DNA from: Leucoraja ocellata
Taxonomy: Eukaryota
DNA: 64,000 nucleotides
Assembly (NCBI GenBank): GCA_036785375.1
Contig: JAWMAR010000361.1
Span: 248,001-312,000 of the forward strand
Direction of reading: 5' to 3'
Positions 62,994 through 64,000 of this stretch are shown here, in pieces. A program made the translations under genes and the position numbers. How positions within the stretch are numbered: the stretch's first letter is position 1; every line of letters starts with the position of its first letter. A model generated the notes under the pieces. The model was not told the DNA's origin. It did no database searches and saw nothing but the letters and a program-made list of their open reading frames with translations.

Positions 62994-63738
62994 TGTCATT
63001 CATCAAAATACCTTCACTTCTAGTCTTTGAGGAGAATTACTAGGAACAATTCCACAAAATGCCATTTAGTATGCCCATCAATAATGAGCTGATACAAACT
63101 TCTCTTTATAAAAACTGTCCTGGACTTTGGCCAATGAGGTGAAAACAAATTTGGATTCTAAATATCTTGTTGCATTGCAGTTTAATCACTTGATGAATTA
63201 CTAAATTCCTTTCAACAGCTGCTATTCAGTCTTGTTTATGTCCACAATATGCAATTGTTGGCATCCTTTTACTAGCAGGCTAAAAGAATAAGGTAGCAGT
63301 TAGTTCATTACGAGTATCAGATGTTATCTGATACCATAATTTTTTGGAATAGCTGTTCATTAGTTTTAGTTCATAATCCTTTACATAGTTTAGATACAGC
63401 TAGTCTTCTGGGCACATGGCTTTACATTCAAATCCTTCTTTGTAATTGCCTAACCAGTCTCGTGATGAATTAGAATTTTGCCATGTCGGTCCATGCATGA
63501 TACATGTCAGTTTACACCACAATCTCTTAACTGAACAGTGTGTGTTGAATATCCATTTGTACAATATAGGATAAATTTAATGATGAACCATTCGAACTTA
63601 CTAGTCAAGAAATTTTAAATAGATCCTTGATAGAGATAACTAACCACAATTCTTCCAATAACTGCTCGCCCTAAAATTCAGATACTGTTGAAATGTCTGA
63701 ATTAAAACCCCACCTGCCTCAAAACAGCAGGACATATT

Positions 63739-63860
63739 TGTGTAGGAAGGAACTGTAGAAGCTGGTTTAAACTGAAGATAGACACAAAAAGCTGAAGTAA
63801 CTCAGCGGGACAGGCAGCATCTCTGGAGAGAAGGAATGGGTGAGGTTCCGGATCAGACTG
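63739..63860 (-). mobile_element. PLE terminal repeat, core partly deleted
   Basis: gtaggaaggaactgtagaagctggtttaaactgaagatagacac...ggaatgggtgaggttccggatcagactg. Confidence 0.78.
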
Positions 63861-64000
63861 GCTGGGGCAATTCAATTTAGATATTTGCTAATTAGGTTAG
63901 ATACATCTGCTAAGAGCAGGACAACGCACTGGAAAATGTACTAAGACATAGCCATTATTTTCTTAACCTCAACATTAGGCATAATTATATTAATGCAGCA

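Noticed and set aside
58288-64000. Next upstream COX10 exon (expected to end near SKIKLT)
   Set aside because: Not found by eye; presumed to lie beyond the window.

Overview
This is eukaryotic genomic DNA: AT-rich, CpG-depleted and repeat-rich. The repeat content (HE1-like V-SINEs, CR1/HER1-like LINE tails) points to an elasmobranch such as a skate, ray or shark; that assignment is inference. The only gene I can support is COX10 (protoheme IX farnesyltransferase) on the minus strand. Four coding exons were reconstructed by eye with GT-AG boundaries and consistent phases: 58287-58163 (125 bp), 12639-12569 (71 bp), 4955-4723 (233 bp) and 510-86 (terminal). Two of these are not in the ORF track. 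The rest is intron. It contains SINE/LINE debris, PIF/Harbinger-type non-autonomous elements, a non-autonomous Helitron spanning an assembly gap, a Tc1 end and possible conserved non-coding elements. The most notable signal is a dispersed family of about 17 Penelope-like element (PLE) terminal repeats, most carrying a minimal hammerhead ribozyme motif (CTGAAGA-A-stem II-GAAACGTC). Many copies start at a fixed point just upstream of the catalytic core. Several are head-to-head foldbacks, and at least one carries a hammerhead core on each strand. Repeat family names come from recalled consensus features, not from a database search, and repeat boundaries are approximate unless TIR/TSD or splice sites are quoted.
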